Assembly (NCBI GenBank): GCA_031316235.1
Contig: JALDRA010000001.1
Coordinates: forward strand, 3,120,001 to 3,152,000
Direction of reading: 5' to 3'
Source of the DNA: Candidatus Scalindua sp.
Lineage (GTDB): Bacteria > Planctomycetota > Brocadiia > Brocadiales > Scalinduaceae
DNA length: 32,000 nucleotides
Shown here: piece by piece, positions 1 to 7,991 of the stretch
How the letters are laid out: every line of letters starts with the position of its first letter
How positions within the stretch are numbered: the stretch's first letter is position 1
Translations under genes and position numbers: made by a program
Notes under the pieces: generated by a model
Database searches by the model: none
Told to the model about the DNA's origin: nothing
What the model saw: the letters and a program-made list of their open reading frames with translations, nothing else

Positions 1-72
1 CGTACAAATGTACTTGAGGATTACGTAATTATTACAGCAACGCGGTAGATGGGTAATTCTCGTTCAACCACT
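1..72 (+). repeat. Intergenic repeat family 2, copy 1 (left part cut by window edge)
   Basis: Aligns by eye with 15371-15446 and 28734-28805. Shared blocks are CGTA..ATGT..TGAG, ATTA, AGCA.(A/G)GC.G, GGGTA.TT.T.GTTCAACC. The last bases overlap the stop codon (71-73) of the 71-544 gene. Confidence 0.6.
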
Positions 73-544
73 AATTACCTGAAATTTGCCCCGTATAGCT
101 GATTATTCTCAGATTTTTTGAGTTTCCCTGCCTGTTTTTAATAGTAATCGTATCTGTACCAAAGGCCGAAAAGTCTGCAGAACCATTCGGATCAAAGTTA
201 ACGGTGCTGGTTCCCGTAGTCCATGTCCCTGAACCCGTATCAAATTCTATACTATCTGGAAGGAACTCTTCTCTTCCTAATTCACTGTTATTTTCATCTT
301 TGATTAACAGCCTGGAGTATGTTGAGTCGAAAACAAGCAGTCGTGTTTTTCTGGAATTAATAGCCATTGTTCTGGCAGCCAGGGCTCTTGCTTGAACGAT
401 GCGTGCACCTTTACTCAAACTTTGCCCTTTCAGGAAAGGTGTTATTGCTGGCACGGTTATCACACCTACCAAAACAATGATTGCAATTACGACAAGCATT
501 TCTACGAGTGTGAAACCGTATCTGGTATCTGTGAGTGATTTCAA
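71..544 (-). CDS. Minor pseudopilin, GspH/FimT-like, with prepilin-type N-terminal cleavage/methylation motif
   Basis: N-terminus MKSLTDTRYG|FTLVEMLVVIAIIVLVG is the class III signal (G|F..E plus hydrophobic helix). The rest resembles GspH/FimT (ARIVQARALAARTMAI... TITIKN...RIISYTGQIS). TTG start. Confidence 0.8.
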   Translation of the reverse strand: MKSLTDTRYGFTLVEMLVVIAIIVLVGVITVPAITPFLKGQSLSKGARIVQARALAARTMAINSRKTRLLVFDSTYSRLLIKDENNSELGREEFLPDSIEFDTGSGTWTTGTSTVNFDPNGSADFSAFGTDTITIKNRQGNSKNLRIISYTGQISGN

Positions 545-563
545 AATAATCTCGTTTGCATTG

Positions 564-586
564 AAAACGTAAAGGTACGTTTTTTT
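564..586. other. Hairpin AAAACGTA-AAGG-TACGTTTT followed by a T-run, in the spacer between two pseudopilin genes
   Basis: Perfect 8-bp inverted repeat read directly. The A/T runs on both sides make it terminator-like on either strand. It could attenuate read-through from the major to the minor pseudopilin gene. Confidence 0.3.
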
Positions 587-600
587 ATGAGAAGATATGA

Positions 601-714
601 TATACTAAAAACGATTTGGTTTTCGGTTTTACTGGAAACCAGATCTTGGTGAAGGTATACTCGCTCAATTTTATCTCGGATTCTATCCGAAATCCAGTAT
701 GAGATGAGTATAAT
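601..714 (+). repeat. Intergenic repeat family 1, copy A (short form, 114 nt)
   Basis: TATACTAAAAACGATTTGGTTTTCGGTTTTAC...GGTATACTCGCTCAATTTTATCTCGGATTCTATCCGAAATCCAGTATGAGATGAGTATAAT. Differs at about 6 positions from the reverse complement of 18802-18915. Confidence 0.9.
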
Positions 715-880
715 CTTAAAAACAAGGTAAAAATAGCACTTTATCCGGTTGAAATCAAGAGGAAACTGAAAGTTACGGAAGGTTTATGAAATGAGCGAAA
801 GAGACTCTCCGTCTCTCTCTCTGTTTTCGTATAAGAAATCCTGCATCCCGAATCTATGCCGAGTTCCCGGATATTTAAGC

Positions 881-1327
881 CTATCGATTCCAGTTGTTTA
901 TGTCGTCAATATCACTTCCGGAAGTTGTCGATATACCGTCCGGGCCTGGAGAATACAGGTCGTATGAACCGGTATTCTGATTTCCAGGAGAAACATATAC
1001 GAGAGGGTTACCCCAATAATCAACAATCGTATCACCGCTTACTGTATCATCATGTAATTCGATATACTGTCTTAAGGCGGTACCGGATGGTTGCAGCAGA
1101 GACTTGAGATTTGCTATATCCCCGGAAGGATAGGATCTGTTATCACTGTAATAGTGTTCAATCGCCATTTCCAGGCGATCGATCATTGTTCTGGTGGCCT
1201 TTATCTGGGTGTTTTTACTCAAACGGGGAACCACCGTCAAAACGGATGCGGTAATTACGAGGATTATGCTGATAACTACCAGAAGTTCTGTCAGGGTAAA
1301 TCCATTTTTACCAGTTTGTAATGTCAT
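881..1327 (-). CDS. gspG: Major pseudopilin, GspG/PulG-like
   Basis: MTLQTGKNG|FTLTELLVVISIILV prepilin motif. The C-terminal part matches the T2SS-G signature (YP..., DYWGNPLVYVSPGNQNTGSYDLYSPGPDGI...DDINNW). The ATG at 1327 is preferred over the GTG at 1336. Overlaps the upstream gene by 20 nt. Confidence 0.85.
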   Translation of the reverse strand: MTLQTGKNGFTLTELLVVISIILVITASVLTVVPRLSKNTQIKATRTMIDRLEMAIEHYYSDNRSYPSGDIANLKSLLQPSGTALRQYIELHDDTVSGDTIVDYWGNPLVYVSPGNQNTGSYDLYSPGPDGISTTSGSDIDDINNWNR

Positions 1328-1979
1328 CACTTGCACTGTTTCCTGAATCGTCTACCTTGTCAGGCCCGAATGAATATATATCAAACGAGGCGATATTGTG
1401 AGAAGGAGAGCTGCTTACGTATGAGTAATCACTGCCAAAAGGATCTTTATACTGGAAGACCTCTCTCGTTCCGTTGACTCCTTCTATACTGAGCGTTGCG
1501 GTATCTGAGGCAAAATCAGCACCCGATCCTTCAATCTGCGATCTCTTGAATTCTATATAGGGGCCGAATATCTCATTAAAACTCGTTGAATTGAACTTAA
1601 ACCTGCTGCCGAGAAAAAAGACAAGACATTTTGTGTCTGTATTGAGATCATCATCGCGAGGTATCTCTATACTGGCGAGAGAGATCATTGTATCTGCTGT
1701 TGTGTAGCTGTCGGGTGGAAAGAAACCAAAGTCACTCTCAAATTGCCTGAGTGCAAGCCCCAGCTGGCTTATCTGAGCAGCGGTAACGCCACTCTTTGCG
1801 TTGGTCTGGATAGAACTTACAACAGGTACGGTAATTCCAACAAGAACCATGATGATTACGAGAACAACTAACATCTCTACGAGCGTAAACCCGGTTGAAG
1901 AGTTCTTTTTTAACAGGGGGGAGGGAGGTACGGCAGGTTGTTCAGAACCCTGCGAGTCCATTAGTATCTCACTCGGCAT
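1308..1979 (-). CDS. Second GspG-like pseudopilin with an internal insertion
   Basis: Prepilin motif STG|FTLVEMLVVLVIIMVLVG lies at residue ~96 of the maximal ORF (open to 2177). The GspG-like C-terminus is FDIYSFGPDKVDDSGNSASDDITNW. The first ~66 codons of the maximal ORF are low-complexity read-through (MSMRNSMSMRGNS) of a CATACT-rich spacer, so M67 (1979) or M73 (1961) is the likelier start. Confidence 0.75.
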   Translation of the reverse strand: MPSEILMDSQGSEQPAVPPSPLLKKNSSTGFTLVEMLVVLVIIMVLVGITVPVVSSIQTNAKSGVTAAQISQLGLALRQFESDFGFFPPDSYTTADTMISLASIEIPRDDDLNTDTKCLVFFLGSRFKFNSTSFNEIFGPYIEFKRSQIEGSGADFASDTATLSIEGVNGTREVFQYKDPFGSDYSYVSSSPSHNIASFDIYSFGPDKVDDSGNSASDDITNW

Positions 1980-2263
1980 CCTGTCACTAAAGTGTATCGA
2001 ATACCTACGGAAATTTCCGGCAGAATTTTTTTCTGATGGTACAAAGTCCGTTAAACCCGCCAGAGATCCTGTTCTAAAATCTGATTTCATCACCTTTTTT
2101 TTATAAATTGCTGTAATGACGGAGAGAATTTTACTATGCGAGTTTCCCCGCATACTCATACTATTTCTCATACTCAATTTTCGACAACTCTTATCACCAT
2201 GGAACGTTCAACTCGGTTCACCCGCCATTTACTGCTTGACGGTCTTTATTCCCTTCAAAACGT

Positions 2264-3508
2264 TTAAAACGAACCCATACTGCTCATGAGTTTTATAAGA
2301 GGCATGAACAGGGCCAGGACTATCGTACCGATCGCACAGCCTATAAATGTGACCATAAGTGGTTCGAGCAGGCTTATCATAGCTGTTACTGCTGCATCAA
2401 TTTCTTTATCATAATTGTCGGCAGCCCTGGCAAGCATCATATCTAACTTGCCAGATTGTTCGCCTATTTCTATCATACTGACAAGTGTGGGCTTGCATAT
2501 CTTTGTATCCCGCAATGTCTTTGCGATTTTTTCTCCTTCACGGACTTTATTATGCATATATTCTATTGCATTTCTGAGTGCGGTATTTGCCGTAACATCT
2601 TTAACATTATTTAAAGACTGTAAAATAGGGACACCACTTGATGTCAGGGTTGAAAGAGTTCTGACAAATTTGGAAATAACAGACTTGCTTATGATAGAAC
2701 CGATAACAGGCAGTTTGAGTGTTATCCTGTCCTTTATCAGCCTGCATCTTTTCATTTTCATGATGAGCTTATATAAGACAAACAAAGCGACAGGAAATCC
2801 AAAGATTACATACCATCGGCTGATCATAAAGTCGCTCAAGCTGATAATCATCACGGTAATCCATGGAAGAGAGATGTCAAGCTCATCAAACATCTTTGAA
2901 AAACTGGGGATTATGAAAATCATAATCCCTGATATTATTGCACAGGCAACGAAAACAACAGCCAGTGGATAGGTTATCGAGCTTATTATTTTCAGCTTGA
3001 GTGCCCGGATTTTTTCCCGATAATTTGCCAGCCTGTCAAGAATTATATCAAGTGCACCCCCGATCTCTCCGGCTTTTATCGTATTTACATACAGCTTGTC
3101 GAATGCTTTCGGGTGTTTCTGCATTGCACCTGACAGATTATTGCCTTCCTGGATATCTCTTATCATGTGAGTGAGTATGGTTTTTAATAATCCTTTTTTC
3201 AGCTCAGATTCAATAATAATCAAACTTTCCACAATTGATATTCCCGCTTCCTGAAGTGTTGATAACTCTCGTGTAAAGGAATCTATTTCTTTTGGATTTA
3301 TCCTGCTTAATAAGAATGCTGTTGGGGGTTTTTTCTTTTCTTTGTTTCTGGTTCTGTTCTTGCGAAGGCCTCTGGTTTCTTTTATACTGGTGAGAAAAAA
3401 CCCCCTCTCACCAACCTTTCTGATGGCCTCTTCGTTTGAGAGTGCTTCAATCCAATCTTTAACCAGGATGCCTTTTTTGTCTATCGCTTTAAATTTGAAA
3501 GTTGGCAT
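2264..3508 (-). CDS. gspF: Type II secretion / type IV pilus platform protein GspF/PilC
   Basis: 414 aa with two T2SS-F repeats, each followed by TM helices (e.g. ...AGEIGGALDIILDRLANY... and ...IGEQSGKLDMMLARAADNY...). This is the typical size and topology. Confidence 0.9.
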   Translation of the reverse strand: MPTFKFKAIDKKGILVKDWIEALSNEEAIRKVGERGFFLTSIKETRGLRKNRTRNKEKKKPPTAFLLSRINPKEIDSFTRELSTLQEAGISIVESLIIIESELKKGLLKTILTHMIRDIQEGNNLSGAMQKHPKAFDKLYVNTIKAGEIGGALDIILDRLANYREKIRALKLKIISSITYPLAVVFVACAIISGIMIFIIPSFSKMFDELDISLPWITVMIISLSDFMISRWYVIFGFPVALFVLYKLIMKMKRCRLIKDRITLKLPVIGSIISKSVISKFVRTLSTLTSSGVPILQSLNNVKDVTANTALRNAIEYMHNKVREGEKIAKTLRDTKICKPTLVSMIEIGEQSGKLDMMLARAADNYDKEIDAAVTAMISLLEPLMVTFIGCAIGTIVLALFMPLIKLMSSMGSF

Positions 3509-3585
3509 TTTGTTGTTCGATAGAAGAAATTTTCAGTTACCAGCAGTGTCAGGAAATGGAGAGAAAACCTTATTGATCGTCTGAA

Positions 3586-3718
3586 CGAAAACCCCGCGGT
3601 TGAAGCAGGAGTGCCCGGATTCCAGGGGTGTAGATTTCGTAAACGTAACCTGCAGAGATACTTGAGGTTTCTGGAATTTTACCGCAAGGCAGCCGATTGA
3701 GGTTTGCGTTCAACCGCT
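3586..3718 (+). repeat. Intergenic repeat family 2, copy 2 (between ATPase and gspF)
   Basis: CGAAAACCCCGCGG...GATTTCGTAAACGTAAC...TACTTGAGG...CCGCAAGGCAG...GCGTTCAACCGCT is homologous by eye to 15309-15446, 28674-28805 and 1-72. The ends GCGGTTGAA (3596-3604) and TTCAACCGC (3709-3717) are a perfect 9-bp inverted repeat. Confidence 0.7.
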
Positions 3719-3725
3719 AGGTAAT

Positions 3726-5438
3726 TTAAGCTACTTCCCTCATAACCTCTTTTATTGTAGTTTGACCATTATAGATTGCATTGAGTCCGCTCTCCAGCAA
3801 AGTTTTCATACCGCTCCTTCTCGCAATTTTCCTTATTGTTTCTGTGGATGATTGTTGAATGATGTGGGAACATATCTCATCGTTAATCGTCATTATTTCA
3901 AGGATAGACAATCTGCCCTTGTAACCTGTATTGTTGCATTTACCGCAACCTTTTTCCCGATAGAACTGCTTTTTCCCTAATACCGATTCAGGGATATGAA
4001 GCTTCTTGATAATATTCCTGTCCGGCATATACTCTTCCCTGCATTCAGGGCAGAGCTTTCTCACCAGCCTCTGATTTATGACGGCCGTAAGTGAAGCGGT
4101 TATTAAATACGGTTTAACGCCCATATTGATTAATCTTGTTATCGTCGATGGTGCATCATTTGTATGTAAGGTACTTAAAACGAGATGGCCGGTAAGTGAA
4201 GCATGCATTGCAACTTCAACTGTTTCTAGATCTCTGATCTCACCCATCAGGATAATGTCCGGGTCTTGTCTCAAAATTGCTCTCAGGCTGTTGGCAAATG
4301 TAACGCCGATTTCTGAATGGATCTGTACCTGCGTGATACCATCAATGTCATATTCTACCGGATCTTCAGTCGTAATAATTTTTATTCCGGAACAGCGTAC
4401 AAAATTAAGAGCGGCATATAATGTTGTCGTTTTACCCGAGCCTGTGGGTCCTGTAACCAGGATAATACCGTATGTTTTCTTCATCAACTGTTTAATTGTG
4501 TTGAGATCCTGGTAATTTAATCCTAACTGTGTAAGATCAAGTGAAACTGAATTCTTGTCCAGTATCCGCAGGACAATACTTTCTCCATGTTTGGTAGGTA
4601 ATGTGGAGATGCGAATGTCAACATGGTGACCTCTTATTGTTACATGTGCATGGCCATCCTGAGGTACTCTCTTTTCCGCTATGTCCATGTTTCCCATCAC
4701 CTTGAGTCTTGAAACAATGCCGTTTGCAAAGTGTGGGGGGACAGGTATCTCATCAAGCAGCATACCGTCAACTCTGAAACGGACATGGAACTCATTTTCA
4801 AAGGTTTCAAAATGGATGTCGCTTGCCTTATCTGAGATTGCCTGCAAAAGTATTAAATTGACGAAACTTTTAACTGGTGCATTATCGACCAGGTCTTCAA
4901 GATCTCCAATCTCTTGAGATTCTTTGGTTTTACTCATTTTCTTTTCAGGAGTATAGTGCTCAAATGTATCCATGAGTTCTTCGATGGATTCATGTTCTCC
5001 CGGATAGTATCTATCCAGGCAGTTTGAAATCAACTCCTGCTCAGCCAGGACAGCCTTGAGATTATACTTGAGTAAGAATCTCAGGTCATCCATCTGTTCC
5101 ATATTGAGAGGTTCTTCCTGTGCTAACGAAAGGGTATACCCATCGTAAGCTATGGGAAGGACTCGATAAAGCTGCGCAATTGAAGGTGGAATCTTTTCAA
5201 TGATATCCGGTTTCAGTTCAACTCTTCTGAGGTCAACAACCTCCATGTCAAGATAATCACTTAAGGCTTCCAATATTAACTGGTGTGAGGTTACGCCGGA
5301 CTCTACTAATGTTTTCCCCAGTGACTTACCGTTAAGTTGCTGCATTTCGAGTGCTTTTTCTATCTGGATTTCATTTACCAGTCTCTTTTCCAGCAGGATC
5401 TGTCCAAATAATTTTTTTCGCACTTCCTTTATGCTCAT
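3726..5438 (-). CDS. gspE: GspE/PilB-family secretion ATPase, paralog 2 (MshEN-like N-domain with degenerate c-di-GMP motif)
   Basis: Walker A GPTGSGKTTTLYA, Asp box, Walker B ILMGEIRD, His box LVLSTLHTNDA, tetra-Cys CPEC...CGKC. The N-terminal T2SSE_N/MshEN-type fold is LFGQILLEKRLVNEIQIEKALEMQ-QLNGK-SLGKTLVESGVTSHQLILEALSDY. Confidence 0.92.
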   Translation of the reverse strand: MSIKEVRKKLFGQILLEKRLVNEIQIEKALEMQQLNGKSLGKTLVESGVTSHQLILEALSDYLDMEVVDLRRVELKPDIIEKIPPSIAQLYRVLPIAYDGYTLSLAQEEPLNMEQMDDLRFLLKYNLKAVLAEQELISNCLDRYYPGEHESIEELMDTFEHYTPEKKMSKTKESQEIGDLEDLVDNAPVKSFVNLILLQAISDKASDIHFETFENEFHVRFRVDGMLLDEIPVPPHFANGIVSRLKVMGNMDIAEKRVPQDGHAHVTIRGHHVDIRISTLPTKHGESIVLRILDKNSVSLDLTQLGLNYQDLNTIKQLMKKTYGIILVTGPTGSGKTTTLYAALNFVRCSGIKIITTEDPVEYDIDGITQVQIHSEIGVTFANSLRAILRQDPDIILMGEIRDLETVEVAMHASLTGHLVLSTLHTNDAPSTITRLINMGVKPYLITASLTAVINQRLVRKLCPECREEYMPDRNIIKKLHIPESVLGKKQFYREKGCGKCNNTGYKGRLSILEIMTINDEICSHIIQQSSTETIRKIARRSGMKTLLESGLNAIYNGQTTIKEVMREVA

Positions 5439-5447
5439 GCCTGTTCC

Positions 5448-7142
5448 TTAATCGTTTGATACTCTCTTGATCTCTTCCAGGGTTGTAATTCCGGCACGGA
5501 CCAGTCTCAATCCATCTTCCTTTAATGTTGTCATTCCTTCAGAATGAGCGATCTTTCGTAATTCGTTTGTCGGCACTTTTCTGTGAATAGCCTCCCTTAA
5601 TTCGGGAGTCAAAGACAGAAACTCAAATATCCCTACCCTTCCAAAATAACCGGTGTTGTTACAATAGTTGCATCCCTGCCCGTGAAAAGATAGTGAACCG
5701 TCAAAATCCTCTGTGGTAAACCCGAGATCATTTAAGCTCTCTTTTTCCATGTTCTGTGGGACTTTACATGAGGGGCATATGACTCTCACGAGGCGTTGAG
5801 CCAGTATTGCGTTAATGGATGCTGATAAGAGAAAGGGTTTTATTCCCATTTCAGTCAGCCGTGTTATCGCTGAAGGGGCATCATTTGTATGGAGTGTGCT
5901 TAATACAAGGTGTCCTGTTAATGATGTTGAAACGGCTATTTCTGCTGTCTCAATATCACGTATTTCACCAACAACTATCACGTTTGGGTCTTGACGGAGC
6001 ATGGAACGCAGGATTTTAGAAAAAGTCAGTCCTACCTTTTCTTTAACTTCACACTGATTAATTCCTCTCAGATCATATTCTATAGGATCTTCCACGGTAA
6101 TTATTTTATATTGTTTCGGATTGATTTCATTTATGGCCGCATAGAGCGTGGTCGTTTTTCCGCTACCGGTAGGACCGGTGATCAAAATGATACCGTTCGG
6201 CCTGCTTAATAACTCTTTTACATGGCGGTGATTATGTTCTGAAAGACCGACATTATTCAGTTGAATGAGTGAAGATGATTTATCCAATAACCTCATTGTA
6301 ATACTTTCGCCGCATGTGGAAGGTATGGTACTGACCCTGATATCAGTCTGCTTTCCTTCAACATTTACTGAGATTCTCCCATCCTGGGGTTTTCTTGTTT
6401 CGGTTATGTCCATATTTGAGAGTATCTTTATCCTGCAGACCAACGCCTCATGTACGTTTTTCGTAATAGTATGCATATCATGACATACACCATCAATCCG
6501 GAATCGTATATTAATATTAGTCGACAACGGTTCAATATGTATGTCGCTGGTTCTCGTCTTGACAGCCTCTTTAAAAATATGCATGACAAGTCTCACAATG
6601 GGTGATTCCGAATCATCCAGCCCCTCAGCACCGAAGTGGCTATTCTGGGAGGCCTTGAGCGCTAACCCCTTGAGATCATTGCAGATATCTCCTAGCATGA
6701 GTTCCGTATTCTTTTCATAGTATTTCTTTATGGCGTTCTCAATATTATCGCTCGTTGCCAGAACACACTCTATGTCATAATCAAGGATAAAACGCAGGTT
6801 TTCCTGGGTGTTAATATCAAGCGGGTCGCTTGTTGCCACAATAAGAAGCCCATTTTGTCTTGCAATAGGTATGATATTATATTGTTTTACGATATCTTTT
6901 TTAATAATGTTTATAACGTCATCGGGAATAGCGATAGCCAGAGGATCAACAACTTTATAATCAAACTGTTCCGCAAGACAATTGGTAATATGTTCAGCGT
7001 TAGCAAAGCCCATCTTTATTATCACATCACCCAATCTGGCAGACAGCATCTTCTGTTGCTCCAATGCCTTATCCAGCTGTTCCTGGGTAATAAATCCCTT
7101 TTCTTTCAGTATTTGTCCGATTGCTTTTCGTGTGGTCTTCAT
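5448..7142 (-). CDS. gspE: GspE/PilB/MshE-family secretion ATPase, paralog 1 (well-conserved MshEN c-di-GMP-binding motif; motif 2 fully canonical)
   Basis: Walker A GPTGSGKTTTLYA, VVGEIRD, LVLSTLHTNDA, CPSC...CNYC. The N-terminus is AIGQILKEKGFITQEQLDKALEQQ-KMLSA-RLGDVIIKMGFANAEHITNCLAEQ, i.e. two 24-residue RLGxx(L/I)(L/I)xxG(L/F)(L/I)xxxxLxxxLxxQ-type motifs separated by 5 residues. Confidence 0.92.
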   Translation of the reverse strand: MKTTRKAIGQILKEKGFITQEQLDKALEQQKMLSARLGDVIIKMGFANAEHITNCLAEQFDYKVVDPLAIAIPDDVINIIKKDIVKQYNIIPIARQNGLLIVATSDPLDINTQENLRFILDYDIECVLATSDNIENAIKKYYEKNTELMLGDICNDLKGLALKASQNSHFGAEGLDDSESPIVRLVMHIFKEAVKTRTSDIHIEPLSTNINIRFRIDGVCHDMHTITKNVHEALVCRIKILSNMDITETRKPQDGRISVNVEGKQTDIRVSTIPSTCGESITMRLLDKSSSLIQLNNVGLSEHNHRHVKELLSRPNGIILITGPTGSGKTTTLYAAINEINPKQYKIITVEDPIEYDLRGINQCEVKEKVGLTFSKILRSMLRQDPNVIVVGEIRDIETAEIAVSTSLTGHLVLSTLHTNDAPSAITRLTEMGIKPFLLSASINAILAQRLVRVICPSCKVPQNMEKESLNDLGFTTEDFDGSLSFHGQGCNYCNNTGYFGRVGIFEFLSLTPELREAIHRKVPTNELRKIAHSEGMTTLKEDGLRLVRAGITTLEEIKRVSND

Positions 7143-7208
7143 TTCGATACAAGTATACCCCTGGCTGCAGGATTAATCTGAAGGACATATTTGATGATTG
7201 TGCGTTGG

Positions 7209-7323
7209 TATACTAAAACCGATTTGGTTTTCGGTTTTACCGGCAACCAAATCCTGGTTGCAGTTATACTCGCTCAATTTTATCTCGGATTTTATCCGAA
7301 AACCATTGTAAGATGAGTATAAT
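7209..7323 (+). repeat. Intergenic repeat family 1, copy B (short form)
   Basis: TATACTAAAACCGATTTGGTTTTCGGTTTTACCGGCAACCAAATCCTGGTTGCAGTTATACTCGCTCAATTTTATCTCGGATTTTATCCGAAAACCATTGTAAGATGAGTATAAT. Lies 66 nt upstream of the first ATPase gene (opposite strand). Confidence 0.9.
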
Positions 7324-7571
7324 ACAGAATTAACCTCTCTTTCCACCTCTCTCAATGGTACAGGAGACGTTCCTTTATTATTCTGGAGAAGAGAAGAGTC
7401 GTTATGAGTTCAAAAGATTTCAACGAATGGATCCGCCTGCAATCCCTGTTTTGTGTTCCCGGGTGAATATTTTTCTCTCCAGAAGTACTATCGGCTGATC
7501 TGCAGGTTTTTTATACATATAATTTTTCTTGGTGACATGAATGGGAACGGCAAAAGATAACCAAAATATTC

Positions 7572-7712
7572 AATTACCCTCATATCATGATGGTTTTTCG
7601 GAAAAAATCCGGGGAAAAACGGAGAGAGTAAAGTCCTCGGCGCCTGGTTTGTCCGGGGATACCTGCAATCAGGCGGTTAGAAAAATCTAAAAGCAAATCG
7701 GTTTTAGTATAC
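7572..7712 (-). repeat. Intergenic repeat family 1, copy G (long form, inverted relative to copy B)
   Basis: The reverse complement reads GTATACTAAAACCGATTTGCTTTT...GGTATCCCCGGACAAACCAGGCGCCGAGGACTTTACTCTCTCCGTTTTTCCCCGGATTTTTTCCGAAAAACC...GAGGGTAATT. Its outer 19 nt are identical to the outer 19 nt of copy B. Confidence 0.85.
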
Positions 7713-7991
7713 TTGATTTCCCGGTCTCGGGAGGAGATGAGTCTATACCGGTGCAGGATAAAAGGTTCAAGGGTAAGGTCTCAGAAAAAACAGCCCGGTA
7801 TTCACTCCTGTCCCCGCCGGAAATATTGTCTCCCGCCCGGAAGAATCAGTTCGGCAGCCACCATCCGCCGGCCGCTCGGCCCGATCTGATCTTCCAGACC
7901 TGGTAAAAGCAATTTGCAGGGAATAGAGAAGCGGGAATCTAGAGTTTTGTCCATTTCTCTGTTTCGAGGTAATTCGAATGACAATCGGGAA

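Noticed and set aside
2149-2176. CATACTCATACTATTTCTCATACTCAATTTT resembles the family-1 tail (TATACTCATCTCATACT) in minus orientation.
   Set aside because: Only ~25 nt with an indel, and none of the other modules follow. It is too short to call as a copy, and at best a remnant.
1980-2177. N-terminal 66-residue extension of the 1308-2177 ORF (MSMRNSMSMRGNS...).
   Set aside because: The prepilin cleavage motif would sit ~96 residues in, which is implausible for a class III signal. The extension is low-complexity translation of a CATACT-rich spacer, so I moved the start to 1979 or 1961.
7405-7467. 20-codon ORF (MSSKDFNEWIRLQSLFCVPG) in the spacer between the two facing family-1 copies.
   Set aside because: It is too short, has no convincing RBS and has no conservation evidence available.
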